Virus record (IMG/VR): IMGVR_UViG_3300028844_005756
Location: 1 to 64,000 of that record
DNA: 64,000 nt
Source of the DNA: a virus
Strand: one strand, 5' to 3'
Positions 46,963 through 57,600 of the stretch are shown piece by piece; the first letter of the stretch is position 1; each line of letters begins with the position of its first letter. The translations under genes and the position numbers were made by a program. The notes under the pieces are model-generated. The model had not been told where the DNA came from. It was given only the letters and a program-made list of their open reading frames with translations, and did not search any database.

Positions 46963-48351
46963 ATGCTACCATTTAAAAGTTTTTTAACTGAAGGTATTAA
47001 AAAAAATCAAATAGATCAAGTCTTCAGCAACAATGATTTCAAAGTTGGTCTTGAATTTGAATTTTACAATGAAAGATTCTTAGAAGATAGCAATCGTCCG
47101 AGCGCAGAAGAAACATTACTACTTGGTACACTTTCTGATTTACTCACTGGTGCAAAGAAAAAAAATAGAAACATATTGAATAATAATCGTAATGTTGAAA
47201 AGAACAAAAGAAATAAAATCATAACAGATGATGATATTTTAAATGATTTTCAGACAAGAGAACGTAAGATATTATTAGGATATTTCAAAAGACAAGGATT
47301 AAATGAGAAAACTGTTGCGGACTACATCTACTACATTGTAGCTCAAGCAGGCTCTAGATTTAAAGAGTTGTATTATCCTCAAAATTATAAACAAGATGTA
47401 TTTGACAGAGTGAAAAGACAACTAAGAAAGTTGGAAAAATTTATGGATTTGCTGAACGCACAAACAGATGAGAATGTTCCATTTGCAGACGTAAGAAAAT
47501 TCTATAAGCAAGAAAGAAATTTACCACCATTCATCAAGAATCCATTGATATCTAGTAAGCATGGTGCTACTGCAAAAGCAAATAGATGGGCAATTGTAAT
47601 TGACCAATCAATTTCACCAGCACTCGGTGGTATAGAGATGGTAAGTCCTGTGATGAGACCGCAAGAGGCATTAGAAGTAACTGATAAAATGTTCAACTAC
47701 ATTAGAAATGTTGGTAATACAAAATCAATGGCATCTGCAGATGAATTTGAAGAATCAGACCCAGATTACAATGTAAGGGATGTGCAATGTGGATTACACA
47801 TCAACATATCATTTACACCAGAAAGAATGAAAAAGTTTGATGCATTAAAATTTTTACTCTTCTCTCATGAATCTCAAGTGAATAATAAAAAATTATTTGG
47901 AGATAGAAAAGATGCTGAATTTATAGATGGTACTTTAAAAGAAATAAAAGATAATTATTTTCGTACTGCAAAAACAGTAAATTTGTCACCAGAATCTTTA
48001 GGAAAATGGTTAGATGAAAAAGTAAAAAAGAACAATATGAAAACAGGTATAGCAGTATTAGTAAGCACATTACAGCTTTTTGATAAGTATACCAATATCA
48101 ATTACTCTCACTACAAATTCAGTAATAGAACTATTCGCAGAGCAGGTTCAGAACGTATTGAAATTCGTTACTTTGGTGGTGAAGGATATGAGGATAAAAT
48201 TATGACTTTCAGAAGAGTTCTTGGTGAGTTGTTATATGCTCTGGATGTAGCTACAGATCCTGAAAAAGAAAAAGATAGATACTATAAGAAAGTTTATAAA
48301 ATTTTAAATAGTATAAAAGAGTTTGATAAAGAAAAATCAAAGCGAAAGTGA
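46963..48351 (+). CDS. putative amidoligase with capsid-targeting-like leader
   Basis: MLPFKSFLTE; GLEFE, DQSI, IEMVSP, CGLHINIS, KY..IN, IEIRYFGG. Confidence 0.7.
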   Translation: MLPFKSFLTEGIKKNQIDQVFSNNDFKVGLEFEFYNERFLEDSNRPSAEETLLLGTLSDLLTGAKKKNRNILNNNRNVEKNKRNKIITDDDILNDFQTRERKILLGYFKRQGLNEKTVADYIYYIVAQAGSRFKELYYPQNYKQDVFDRVKRQLRKLEKFMDLLNAQTDENVPFADVRKFYKQERNLPPFIKNPLISSKHGATAKANRWAIVIDQSISPALGGIEMVSPVMRPQEALEVTDKMFNYIRNVGNTKSMASADEFEESDPDYNVRDVQCGLHINISFTPERMKKFDALKFLLFSHESQVNNKKLFGDRKDAEFIDGTLKEIKDNYFRTAKTVNLSPESLGKWLDEKVKKNNMKTGIAVLVSTLQLFDKYTNINYSHYKFSNRTIRRAGSERIEIRYFGGEGYEDKIMTFRRVLGELLYALDVATDPEKEKDRYYKKVYKILNSIKEFDKEKSKRK

Positions 48352-48391
48352 AATTATATGCCAATAAAAACTAATGTAGGTAATAAGAGTT

Positions 48392-48661
48392 ATGAGTGAA
48401 AATAAGTTAAACGAATATAATAGTTGGCGAGTATTATTTTATGAAAGTGAGGATGAACTTTATGAAGGATATTTGTTTAAATCTAAAAATGATGCTTTAG
48501 AAGCAGCAATGCAGTTTTGTAGACAAATGAGTCCCAATGAGAGAACAAAACTTATAAAAGCTAATGCTAAAGGTATGATATTAGGCGCCAGAAATTCTAA
48601 TGAATTTACTATCATAAAACCCCCCGAAAACGAAAAATTTAAAAAAAGTGAAAAACAATGA
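48392..48661 (+). CDS. hypothetical protein
   Basis: Tiled ORF. Confidence 0.55.
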   Translation: MSENKLNEYNSWRVLFYESEDELYEGYLFKSKNDALEAAMQFCRQMSPNERTKLIKANAKGMILGARNSNEFTIIKPPENEKFKKSEKQ

Positions 48662-49095
48662 AACATCTTTTGAGTTTATTTTTAGTATTTTGTTTATTAA
48701 TAATTACTAATATTTCATATGCAGAAGATTTAGAATTTCCTATATTCAAAAGTTGCTATGATGGTGACACTTGTAAGTTTGATATACCAGATGTGCCAGA
48801 TGTTTTTGGTAAAGGTCTTTCAATAAGAATACGTGGTATTGATACACCAGAAATACGTGGCAAATGTGAAAATGAAAAGGTTCTAGCAAAAAAGGCAAAG
48901 GAATTCATTAACTTTCTAATGAACAAAGCGACAACAATTGAAATTAAAAATGTGGAAAGAGGAAAATACTTTAGAGTAGTTGCTGATGTTTATGTTGATG
49001 GTAAATCAATTGCGGAATATATGATTCAAAACAATTACGCATTACCTTATGAAGAAAACATTGATTGGTGTAGATACAGGCGCATAAGAAAATAA
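48658..49095 (+). CDS. exported thermonuclease (SNase family)
   Basis: Signal peptide; YDGDT, IRIRGIDTPE, GKYFRVVADV. Confidence 0.9.
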   Translation: MKHLLSLFLVFCLLIITNISYAEDLEFPIFKSCYDGDTCKFDIPDVPDVFGKGLSIRIRGIDTPEIRGKCENEKVLAKKAKEFINFLMNKATTIEIKNVERGKYFRVVADVYVDGKSIAEYMIQNNYALPYEENIDWCRYRRIRK

Positions 49096-49214
49096 CACAT
49101 TACCTGAAGCTTTATATTAGACACCAGTTAATTTTTATAATCAAGATAAGCTTAGTTATAGCAAAACATTTAAAAAAATAAAAAAATAATTTACACCTCT
49201 CATATATTGAGTGA

Positions 49215-49222
49215 TATAAATA
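49215..49222 (+). promoter_or_regulatory. T4-type late promoter
   Basis: TATAAATA upstream of a structural gene. Confidence 0.6.
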
Positions 49223-49279
49223 AATAAAACACTTCTATCGTATTTGAAATATTTAAACAAAAGAATTTTTTAGGCAACT

Positions 49280-52183
49280 ATGAGTTATATTCCCCAATTA
49301 TTATTAGCTAATACATTTGGCGAATGGTTGAATACAATAAATGATGTTATAGCTGAAAATAATAATTCAACAGCAAATGGCACACCAAATACATTAACAA
49401 GATACGATGCTAACGGTTCGCTAGAATTTAATGAGTTAAAAGTCTTTGATTTACAGCTAAAATCTGGACCTGTAATACAAGAAATCAGAACAGATTTTAC
49501 ACAAAATAATGATACGTCTTTATGTACAACTAAATCTGTATATGATTTAGTTTCGGGCGCAACTTCAGTAATTGTTCCTGTAAAAGCCAAGACATTAACT
49601 TTTGGAACAAGTGGATTATATGTAAATACTATTTCCACATCTTTCGGTCCATTAGATAACAAAACTCTAGTAACTTCAAATGCAGTTTATAATTTATTAA
49701 ACGGAATCAGAACTGTACCTATTGCATTTAATACAGACACACTTCAATTTGGTACCGGTCTTGTTATTAATGCAATAGCAGATGATTTTAGTACTATTGA
49801 TAGTAATACTGTTGCTACAACAAATGCTGTATACAATTTACTTACTGATGGAGCAATAAGTTTAAATACAGTGTTTAATAACTTAAAATTAGGAAGTGGT
49901 CCTAATATTGATAAAATTGTTACTAACTTTACAAATACACCACCTGATGATACAAGTTTAGTAACAGCACTTGCTGTATATAATCTAGTTGGTGGACCAG
50001 ATAATAATATCACTACACTAGAAGGTGTAAGCTTAGAATTATCATCTGGCAATAAAGTGACGGATATTGTACACAATTTTATGTTTATTAATAATGATTT
50101 ATTACCAACTACAAAAGCCGTTAACGATAGAATTTTTAATGTTCTCACTAGTGGAACACATACAATAAATCTTATAGCGAATACAGGTAATTTTACCGAA
50201 AGCCTAACTGCTGATGATATACACGCAAATACTGCAAATGTTGATGTATTATTAATTGCAAATAATATTAATGTTACAAACACACTATCAATAAATAACC
50301 TAACTGCTAATTATATCACTGCAAATGTAGTAGATATGCAAACAATGATTTTTGATGATTTAGTAGTTAATAATGTTCACACAGATTTTTCAACAATAAA
50401 TGATGAAACTTTAGTAACATCAAATGCAATTTATAATCTTATAACAGATGGTGATGTTTCTATAAATTCAGTGTTTAATAGTACAGAAACACAAACATTT
50501 ATATTAAATGGAAACACTGTAACTAATGTTGTTAGTGCAATAAACAATACAAATATAAATCAAAATACTTTAGCAACAACAGTAGCCATTTATGATTTGA
50601 TATCAGGTAATAATACGACATTACCTTCAGTACCACTCTCAGCAAATACACTTCAATTTCCTGGTGGTGATCCTAATGTATCAATAAATTCTATATCTAC
50701 AGACTTTTCAACTATTGATGACAATACTTTAGTTACTGCGAATGCTGTATACAATTTATTAACAGATGGTCAAATATCAATTGATTCTAAATTTACATCA
50801 TTAACTCTTGAAAATGGTGTAACTGTAAATGGAATTTTTGATTCTTTTACAACTGCAAATATTAACAGCTATTCTATTGCTACAACAGCAGCAATAGAAA
50901 ATGGATTGACTAATGGTTCTATTGCTGCTTATTTTAGAGAAATAGAAGTTGATAATGTTTTTTGTCAATTTATAAGTGTCAATAATTTAAATTATCTAGA
51001 CTCTATTTCACAAAATACATCTTCTGAGAGATTACAGGGATCAATTGTTACTCCATATGTTTATACTTCAGCTATTGAAGCATATAATGAAAAAGATGCA
51101 ACAAGCACAGGCATATTATTCGGTGATAGAGGAGCATCTCCCGCAGGTGAAACTATTTCTTCTACAACAACTGCAATATTTGCGAATGGTAATATTCAAT
51201 TAAAAATTGAAGATGGTAGTATAAATGCAATAAGCAATCCAATCATAACAACAAGTAATGTTGTAAGTGATCATATTGACTCTGATTATGCAAAGATAAA
51301 TTATATTGTTAATAAAGCAACTGCAAATACACTAGTGTTTCCTGATTTTGGAAATCAGGAATTAATTGGTAATACAGCCACTCAAACATTAACAAATAAA
51401 ACTTTAGGTAAAACAGACATATCCGGAGATATTGTACCTACAGTAGATTCAATATACAGTCTAGGTTCGCCTGCTAATAAGTTTAAAGATTTATTTTTAT
51501 CTTCAGCTACATTGTGGATTGGTGATAACATAAAATTGGATGCCTCTTCAGGTGTTGTAAAATATCTTAAAAGAGATGTCAATGCAGTACCATTTATAAT
51601 TTCTTCGTTGGGAGGTAACGGACCTAATGCGATTGCATATGTGAATACAACATTTAATTATAATCCAGCAAAAACTACTCTATCAGAATTAACATTAAAT
51701 GACCATTTAAGTTATCTAAACACTTTTGCAGGATATGAAACATCTGATGTAGGTACATTACTACCTCCTGAAGTAGATAGTAATGGAAACATTAGCTATT
51801 ATTATAATATTAATGATTATGATGAAATCATATATTCAGAAACTCCTGGTAAAAATGCTTCTGAAGTTTTAACTGATGATTTAAATGCAACTATTGATTA
51901 TCATGAAACTGATAATGTTGTTTTCAAAAAACCATATGGTGATTTTTTCTTAATAGTAAATCGAGTGTCTGAGTTGGAAGGTGTAACGGTTCATGCAAAA
52001 GTGCATGTGTTGCAAAATACAACACCTTATACTTTAAGCAATATAGTGATAAATGGAAATACAGTCTCTTCAATGAATATGTCTGGTAATTTAGAAATGC
52101 AAGTAGCAAACACTTATAATACTTACGATATTGATGCTGTTTATCTAGACAATCAGTGGTATAGCACGGTTATGGTAAAATAA
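49280..52183 (+). CDS. tail fiber-like structural protein with internal repeats
   Basis: N-terminal TFGEW...N; repeats of I.TDFSTID..TLVT.NAVYNLL; GDIVP...SLGS...FKDLFLS motif. Confidence 0.7.
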   Translation: MSYIPQLLLANTFGEWLNTINDVIAENNNSTANGTPNTLTRYDANGSLEFNELKVFDLQLKSGPVIQEIRTDFTQNNDTSLCTTKSVYDLVSGATSVIVPVKAKTLTFGTSGLYVNTISTSFGPLDNKTLVTSNAVYNLLNGIRTVPIAFNTDTLQFGTGLVINAIADDFSTIDSNTVATTNAVYNLLTDGAISLNTVFNNLKLGSGPNIDKIVTNFTNTPPDDTSLVTALAVYNLVGGPDNNITTLEGVSLELSSGNKVTDIVHNFMFINNDLLPTTKAVNDRIFNVLTSGTHTINLIANTGNFTESLTADDIHANTANVDVLLIANNINVTNTLSINNLTANYITANVVDMQTMIFDDLVVNNVHTDFSTINDETLVTSNAIYNLITDGDVSINSVFNSTETQTFILNGNTVTNVVSAINNTNINQNTLATTVAIYDLISGNNTTLPSVPLSANTLQFPGGDPNVSINSISTDFSTIDDNTLVTANAVYNLLTDGQISIDSKFTSLTLENGVTVNGIFDSFTTANINSYSIATTAAIENGLTNGSIAAYFREIEVDNVFCQFISVNNLNYLDSISQNTSSERLQGSIVTPYVYTSAIEAYNEKDATSTGILFGDRGASPAGETISSTTTAIFANGNIQLKIEDGSINAISNPIITTSNVVSDHIDSDYAKINYIVNKATANTLVFPDFGNQELIGNTATQTLTNKTLGKTDISGDIVPTVDSIYSLGSPANKFKDLFLSSATLWIGDNIKLDASSGVVKYLKRDVNAVPFIISSLGGNGPNAIAYVNTTFNYNPAKTTLSELTLNDHLSYLNTFAGYETSDVGTLLPPEVDSNGNISYYYNINDYDEIIYSETPGKNASEVLTDDLNATIDYHETDNVVFKKPYGDFFLIVNRVSELEGVTVHAKVHVLQNTTPYTLSNIVINGNTVSSMNMSGNLEMQVANTYNTYDIDAVYLDNQWYSTVMVK

Positions 52184-52202
52184 TAATTCACAGGTGAATA
52201 AC

Positions 52203-52237
52203 AAAAAAGCCGAGGTTTTTACACCTCGGCTTTTTTT
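52203..52237. terminator. bidirectional rho-independent terminator
   Basis: AAAAAAGCCGAGGT...ACCTCGGCTTTTTTT between convergent genes. Confidence 0.9.
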
Positions 52238-52258
52238 ATTTAAACAGCGTTTGCACTA

Positions 52259-54598
52259 TCAGAACTGAATACTAATCTTCAAGTCTTCAGTTTGATTTTG
52301 TGAACGAGATACCATACTTCTGTTCTCAACGTAAAGAATTTTACCAGAACCAGGTAACATGCCTGGTGTATTTGCTGTATTAGCAGTAACAGTAAATGCC
52401 TCTACATTTTGAGCATCAGCAGAATGATAACCTAGTGATTTAATTTTAAAATCACCACTTGCTAAAAGTGTACCAAAATCTTTTCTTGGCTTAATTACAC
52501 GGATTCTCTTAGAGAATACATCATGATCTACAATTCTAGCAGTAGCAACTAATAGACCTGTTGAATTTGCATAAATTCCTACATCCATATCAGGTTCAAA
52601 GTTTAATGTATTACCATTCAAACTTCCTAAAGAAGCAGATGTTAAATTAATTCTATAACATTGGTCAGTTTTATAACCTCTAAACAATTCTGTATATGCA
52701 CTTGGATTCATCCAGAGTCTTGTTTGATCTGAAGAATAGGTTCTTGGATTTTTAAGAATACCAATCTTTCTGAATTCGTTACCAACTGTAAATTCATCAG
52801 ATTCTGTACCTTCAAATCTAGCATTAATCATAACATTATGACCACCTAATTCTTCTACAGCATCAAATCCATGTCCTCCTACGGGTGGAATATGTGCATG
52901 TACTGTAGCGGTAGAATAATTATTTGCAGTACCAGTAACCATAGCACTATCTACACGATAATGATATTTACCAGGATTTGTTACTCTTACATCAAGTACT
53001 CTACCCGGTCGTTCTCTATGATATCCAGGTGTTGTTGTATTAAACAATGGTTCAACAATTCCATATGCATTAAATCCATCAATAGGATCTGTTGTCGTAG
53101 TACTTTGATGATTCGCTTCAATTTTTACTCTTGGATGAATTTCAACTACAGCATCCTCATTTACTATCTGTGTTGCTGCAGGAAGACCGGCAACACCAGT
53201 AACACTTGTTCCTATCAAACTTTCTATGGTTGCAGAATCAATTGTAAATTCAATTGTGCCATCTGTAAAGTCAGAACCACTTGTTAATTGTACACCGCTG
53301 ATTGGGAATACATATCTTTTGAATGCATCTCCATTTAGAGTACTATCAGTAGAAGATTTAATTACAACACCATAATCTAACCAAGTATCTAATCCTTTAT
53401 GACCCATGGCTACTAGTCCTGCATCAGGAGTGGCCGTCCATGTTCCGCCAGCATGACTTAAATTATTTGCAAAACTAAACATATTGTAGTGAGTGTTAGA
53501 ACTTAAATCTAGTCCAGCATTTGTTCCTGCTTCTGGATCTGGAAAATCACAATTGTTAACAGTATTCCATACTATTTGGAATGTCAATGAATTTTGAGAA
53601 TCATCGTAATTTACTTGTGCAGAACTTGAACCAAATTGATAATATCCATCTCCACCCTGCATTTCATATCCCTCAACAGTTGAATCATTGGTTTCAACTG
53701 CATACTTATCTACTGTAACATTTAAGATACCGCCTGGAATAGCAGTTGTTTCAACTGTATATTGATCTGAGAAATCATTTTCAATTGTTCCATTTTCTTT
53801 ACGTATTCTTCTTACCGGAATATAAGAAGTGGTAACAAATTTTAATGCTTCTCCAGCATCAATAGTATAGTAATATTTCCATTGATATCCGTCATTATCG
53901 TCATCACCCAAAACCATATAATCTTCACTGATGCCACCATCAGTTACAAAGTTTAAAGGTTCTTGATATGATTTGTGATCCCACAGGTAAACAGTATTGC
54001 CGTTAACACCATTGAAATTTTCAACTTTTCTAAACTTACCAACACCTTGCTTTAAACACTTGTAAATTCTAAATCTTCTATTCACAGTGTGAATCAACAT
54101 GTCATCATAAAATAAGAAAGCAGAACGGTCATCGTAACCATCATATCTTGTACCCAAAGTCCAGTTCCTAAGGCCTGATTGGATCTCTACAGTTCTTTCA
54201 CGCTTAATAACGTGTGATACTTCGCTATCGGAAACTTTCTTAGCAGCAATCATATCATCCCAGTGATTAAAGTGTGAATCTTTTACACTATCAACTGGAA
54301 ATGGAGGATTGTTTTCGTTTAAATTCGGATCAATAGAACCATCCGGTGTATCAGAAGGATTCCACGGAGATACTCTACCTATAAACAAATACATTTGGTC
54401 ATCCAATGCATAGTAAGGTATAGCATTTAGGTTATTAACTGAAGGAGCAGATGTGACACTCAAATCACCATCTAGTCCAGGAGTCATGTCTTCTATTCGT
54501 ATATATCCACCAACACCATGTTCTGATTTTTCTTCAAAACTTTCTTTAAATTGTTTTGCATTACTAACACGAAAAGTATTATGCACTAGTGCGGGCAT
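52259..54598 (-). CDS. baseplate wedge subunit gp8 (expanded)
   Basis: YLFIGR..PW, WDDMIAAKK, YKCL, DGYQWKY, GHGFDAVEELG, SG.ILYVENR, QTEDLKI..QF. Confidence 0.9.
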   Translation of the reverse strand: MPALVHNTFRVSNAKQFKESFEEKSEHGVGGYIRIEDMTPGLDGDLSVTSAPSVNNLNAIPYYALDDQMYLFIGRVSPWNPSDTPDGSIDPNLNENNPPFPVDSVKDSHFNHWDDMIAAKKVSDSEVSHVIKRERTVEIQSGLRNWTLGTRYDGYDDRSAFLFYDDMLIHTVNRRFRIYKCLKQGVGKFRKVENFNGVNGNTVYLWDHKSYQEPLNFVTDGGISEDYMVLGDDDNDGYQWKYYYTIDAGEALKFVTTSYIPVRRIRKENGTIENDFSDQYTVETTAIPGGILNVTVDKYAVETNDSTVEGYEMQGGDGYYQFGSSSAQVNYDDSQNSLTFQIVWNTVNNCDFPDPEAGTNAGLDLSSNTHYNMFSFANNLSHAGGTWTATPDAGLVAMGHKGLDTWLDYGVVIKSSTDSTLNGDAFKRYVFPISGVQLTSGSDFTDGTIEFTIDSATIESLIGTSVTGVAGLPAATQIVNEDAVVEIHPRVKIEANHQSTTTTDPIDGFNAYGIVEPLFNTTTPGYHRERPGRVLDVRVTNPGKYHYRVDSAMVTGTANNYSTATVHAHIPPVGGHGFDAVEELGGHNVMINARFEGTESDEFTVGNEFRKIGILKNPRTYSSDQTRLWMNPSAYTELFRGYKTDQCYRINLTSASLGSLNGNTLNFEPDMDVGIYANSTGLLVATARIVDHDVFSKRIRVIKPRKDFGTLLASGDFKIKSLGYHSADAQNVEAFTVTANTANTPGMLPGSGKILYVENRSMVSRSQNQTEDLKISIQF

Positions 54599-54626
54599 AT
54601 TTTTTCTCCTATTTAAATTTTCTTAA

Positions 54627-57600
54627 TTAAACTTCAATTCGTACAGTCTCTAAAAACTCTTTTCTATTTATGTTCGGATCATTATATTCTGTTTCAAATG
54701 TATTTAGCGCACTAATATTCCAAGTATAAACCTCACTCACAGTATAATTCATTTTTAATGTGGCATGTAAATACGTCTGTTTATCATCACCTTTTCTTTT
54801 TAAATGTTTTTCAATTTCAAATCTTATATAGTCATCAGTAAAAGGTCTAATCACAGTATTTAATAAAAAATTGTCATTCGTTATTCCATTATTTATAGTG
54901 TTTATTTGACTCTCTTTAAATCCAAAGGTGTTATTTATATTTCCTTCTGAATCAAAACTTAAAATTTTCTCAAAATCTACTAAAGATATATCATCTGGAG
55001 TTGTTGAAAATGAATAATCAAAAATTTCTTTTGCAAATAATTCTGCTTGAACTGTAGGTATATTAGATTCTAAAATATAATATTTTAATTTTAAAGGAAC
55101 TTTTTCTGTTATTTCTTCTTTTAAAAAAGTATCAACTTTTTTATCTAATTGAAATAAAAAATTTCTATCTTCAATTTCATTAAATATTTTTGTTAGATTT
55201 TCATTTTGAATTAATTCTATAGTACCATCAAGGATCTTTTCAGTACCAATAATATTTGATACAGTTTCTTTAAATTTAGATTTTCCATCTTGTATATCAA
55301 CAGTTGTGATAGAATATTGAGTTTTTGGAGATACAATAGGTATTGTATTAATAATATCATATCTTAATTTAGTAAGAACTTTTGGTCTTATTTGCTTTTC
55401 TAAAAAGGATTCTGTTATTCTATCATTTAGCGATATTGCACTATTTTCATTATAGACATAAGATTCACTAAAAAATTCAATTTCTGTAGAGTCCATAAAA
55501 GATGTAGAATCTATGAAAGTATGCTTATCATTATACAATATAGATATTTCATCACTAGTTAATTCTTCCATATCAGATATAATGACATATTCTATTTCAT
55601 CATTGTTTGTCAAACCTACATCTACAGTCTTCACAGTATCATATGTGTGTTCGGCTATTTGACTATTTAAATAATTACCAATAATTTCATTTTGTTTATT
55701 AATAATAAAATCTTTTCTTCCAATTTTAGATTTATCAGAAATAAATTCTACAAGATTTTCAAATTCAAGAACAACTTCTTCTGTTGCTATTGTATTATCT
55801 AAAATAGTTGCTTGCTTATCATATACAGTAGTACTTGATGTAATTGCAGTATGTATTAAATCTAAAGTAGGATTATATGTGAATTCTAATTCATTTAGAA
55901 CAGAAACTGTTGGAATATAATCTAAATTATAAGGAACGAGTTTAAACGGTAAATAGTCATCAACAAAATTATTAAAGTATGAAGTAATTCTATCTTCATA
56001 ACTTAATGTGACATTTCTGTCAAGTAATTTGGGATTATGTTCGTATTCATCAATTACAGAGTAAATATCTGTAGTTGCATCTGCAAATGCTGTGTTACCG
56101 TATAATGTTGTAAACGGAACTATATTCACATCAATAGGTACTTTTGGATTGTATGTTATTTCTGGTTCATTCAGTACAGTAGCCGTTGGTACAGTCTCAC
56201 TTTCAAAATCCACAAAAATCTTAGGTATCATATCTAAAGAAAATTTTGTATCCACCCATCTACTAATGACTCTATCTTCTGCAAAAGTTTTGTTTCTATC
56301 AACTATTATAGTATCATCTTCAAATCCATATTCAAATGTTACATCATGAGTTGCGTCCGCAAATGCCGTGTTTCCATATAATGTTGTGAACGAAACTATT
56401 TCTGTATTTGCAAGAACAATTGGATTATATGTAATTTCAGGCTCAGAATGAACTCTTACAGTAGGAATATCACTTAAATTATAATACTTTAATTGTAAAG
56501 GTCTATAGAAACCAAAGAGAGTATTATCTGTCCAGGGTCCTATAATATCACTTAATGAAAATGTTTTATGTCTATCAAGTATTAAATTTTCGTTTTTAAT
56601 TTCAAATTCAAAATCAATATCTTGTGTAGCATCTAAGAATGTTGTATTTCCTGTTAATATTCTATTATCAATATTAATGACTTCCATATTTTCAACATAA
56701 TCTGTAATCGGCACTACTTCAAGATATGCAGTTACAGATGGTAATGTATCTTGACTATATTCACGTATAACCCATGGTCTCATAAAATGTTCTATGATTG
56801 TAAATTCATATGGGTAGATATAATCACTTCTAATTATAAGTTTATTTCTATCAATAATATTGTTTTCAATGTCTTCTTCTATTTCACCCATGATATCAAA
56901 ACTAGAATCTAAAAATGTTGTGTTTCCATAAAGAGATGAAAACAATTCAAAATTAGTGAGTAATTCTGTATTTGCTTGTCTCTCATTTCTTATGTAAGTA
57001 CCATCTATTCTTACTGAAGGTAATTTATCCAGAATATAATCATCCATTTTTATTCTAGAATAATCCTTAATTAAAATAGGAGTCCATGGTAAAATGATAT
57101 CTCCTAAATCTACATACTTATTTCTATCTTCAATTATAATAGGAATTTTTATTTCGGTTTGTGCTTCTGCAAGTTCTAATTCAAAATAAATAGCTGGAGG
57201 CGCTGCATCTGAGAATATGCTGTTTGGATGTACGAGAGGACTTACATCCTCATTTGCTGTCCGTTTACTTATAATAATCGCATCTTGAATAAATGCACTT
57301 GGTATTTTATCTAAAACATAATCTGAAAATTTAACAGGAAGATATCCAGCAATAAATTGCCTTTTCCAATTCTCAAATTGAGTATCTAATGTTATGTATT
57401 TTCTTCTATCTTCTATCTCAAAATGATTTTCTATATCTGTTTTACTAATGACTTCCGTAGAAGAATCTAAAATAACAGTGTTGGCAAAATAAATAGTTTC
57501 TTTGTCTAATACTGTAGATAAATCCTTTGATTTAGGACTTGTATACAAAAAGGGTTCTGACAATGCGCTTGTGGCGGGCATTGTGTCACCCAAATATGGT

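Noticed and set aside
56070-56440. DGR template/variable repeat pair
   Set aside because: Differences are mostly synonymous and not adenine-specific; no reverse transcriptase in the window
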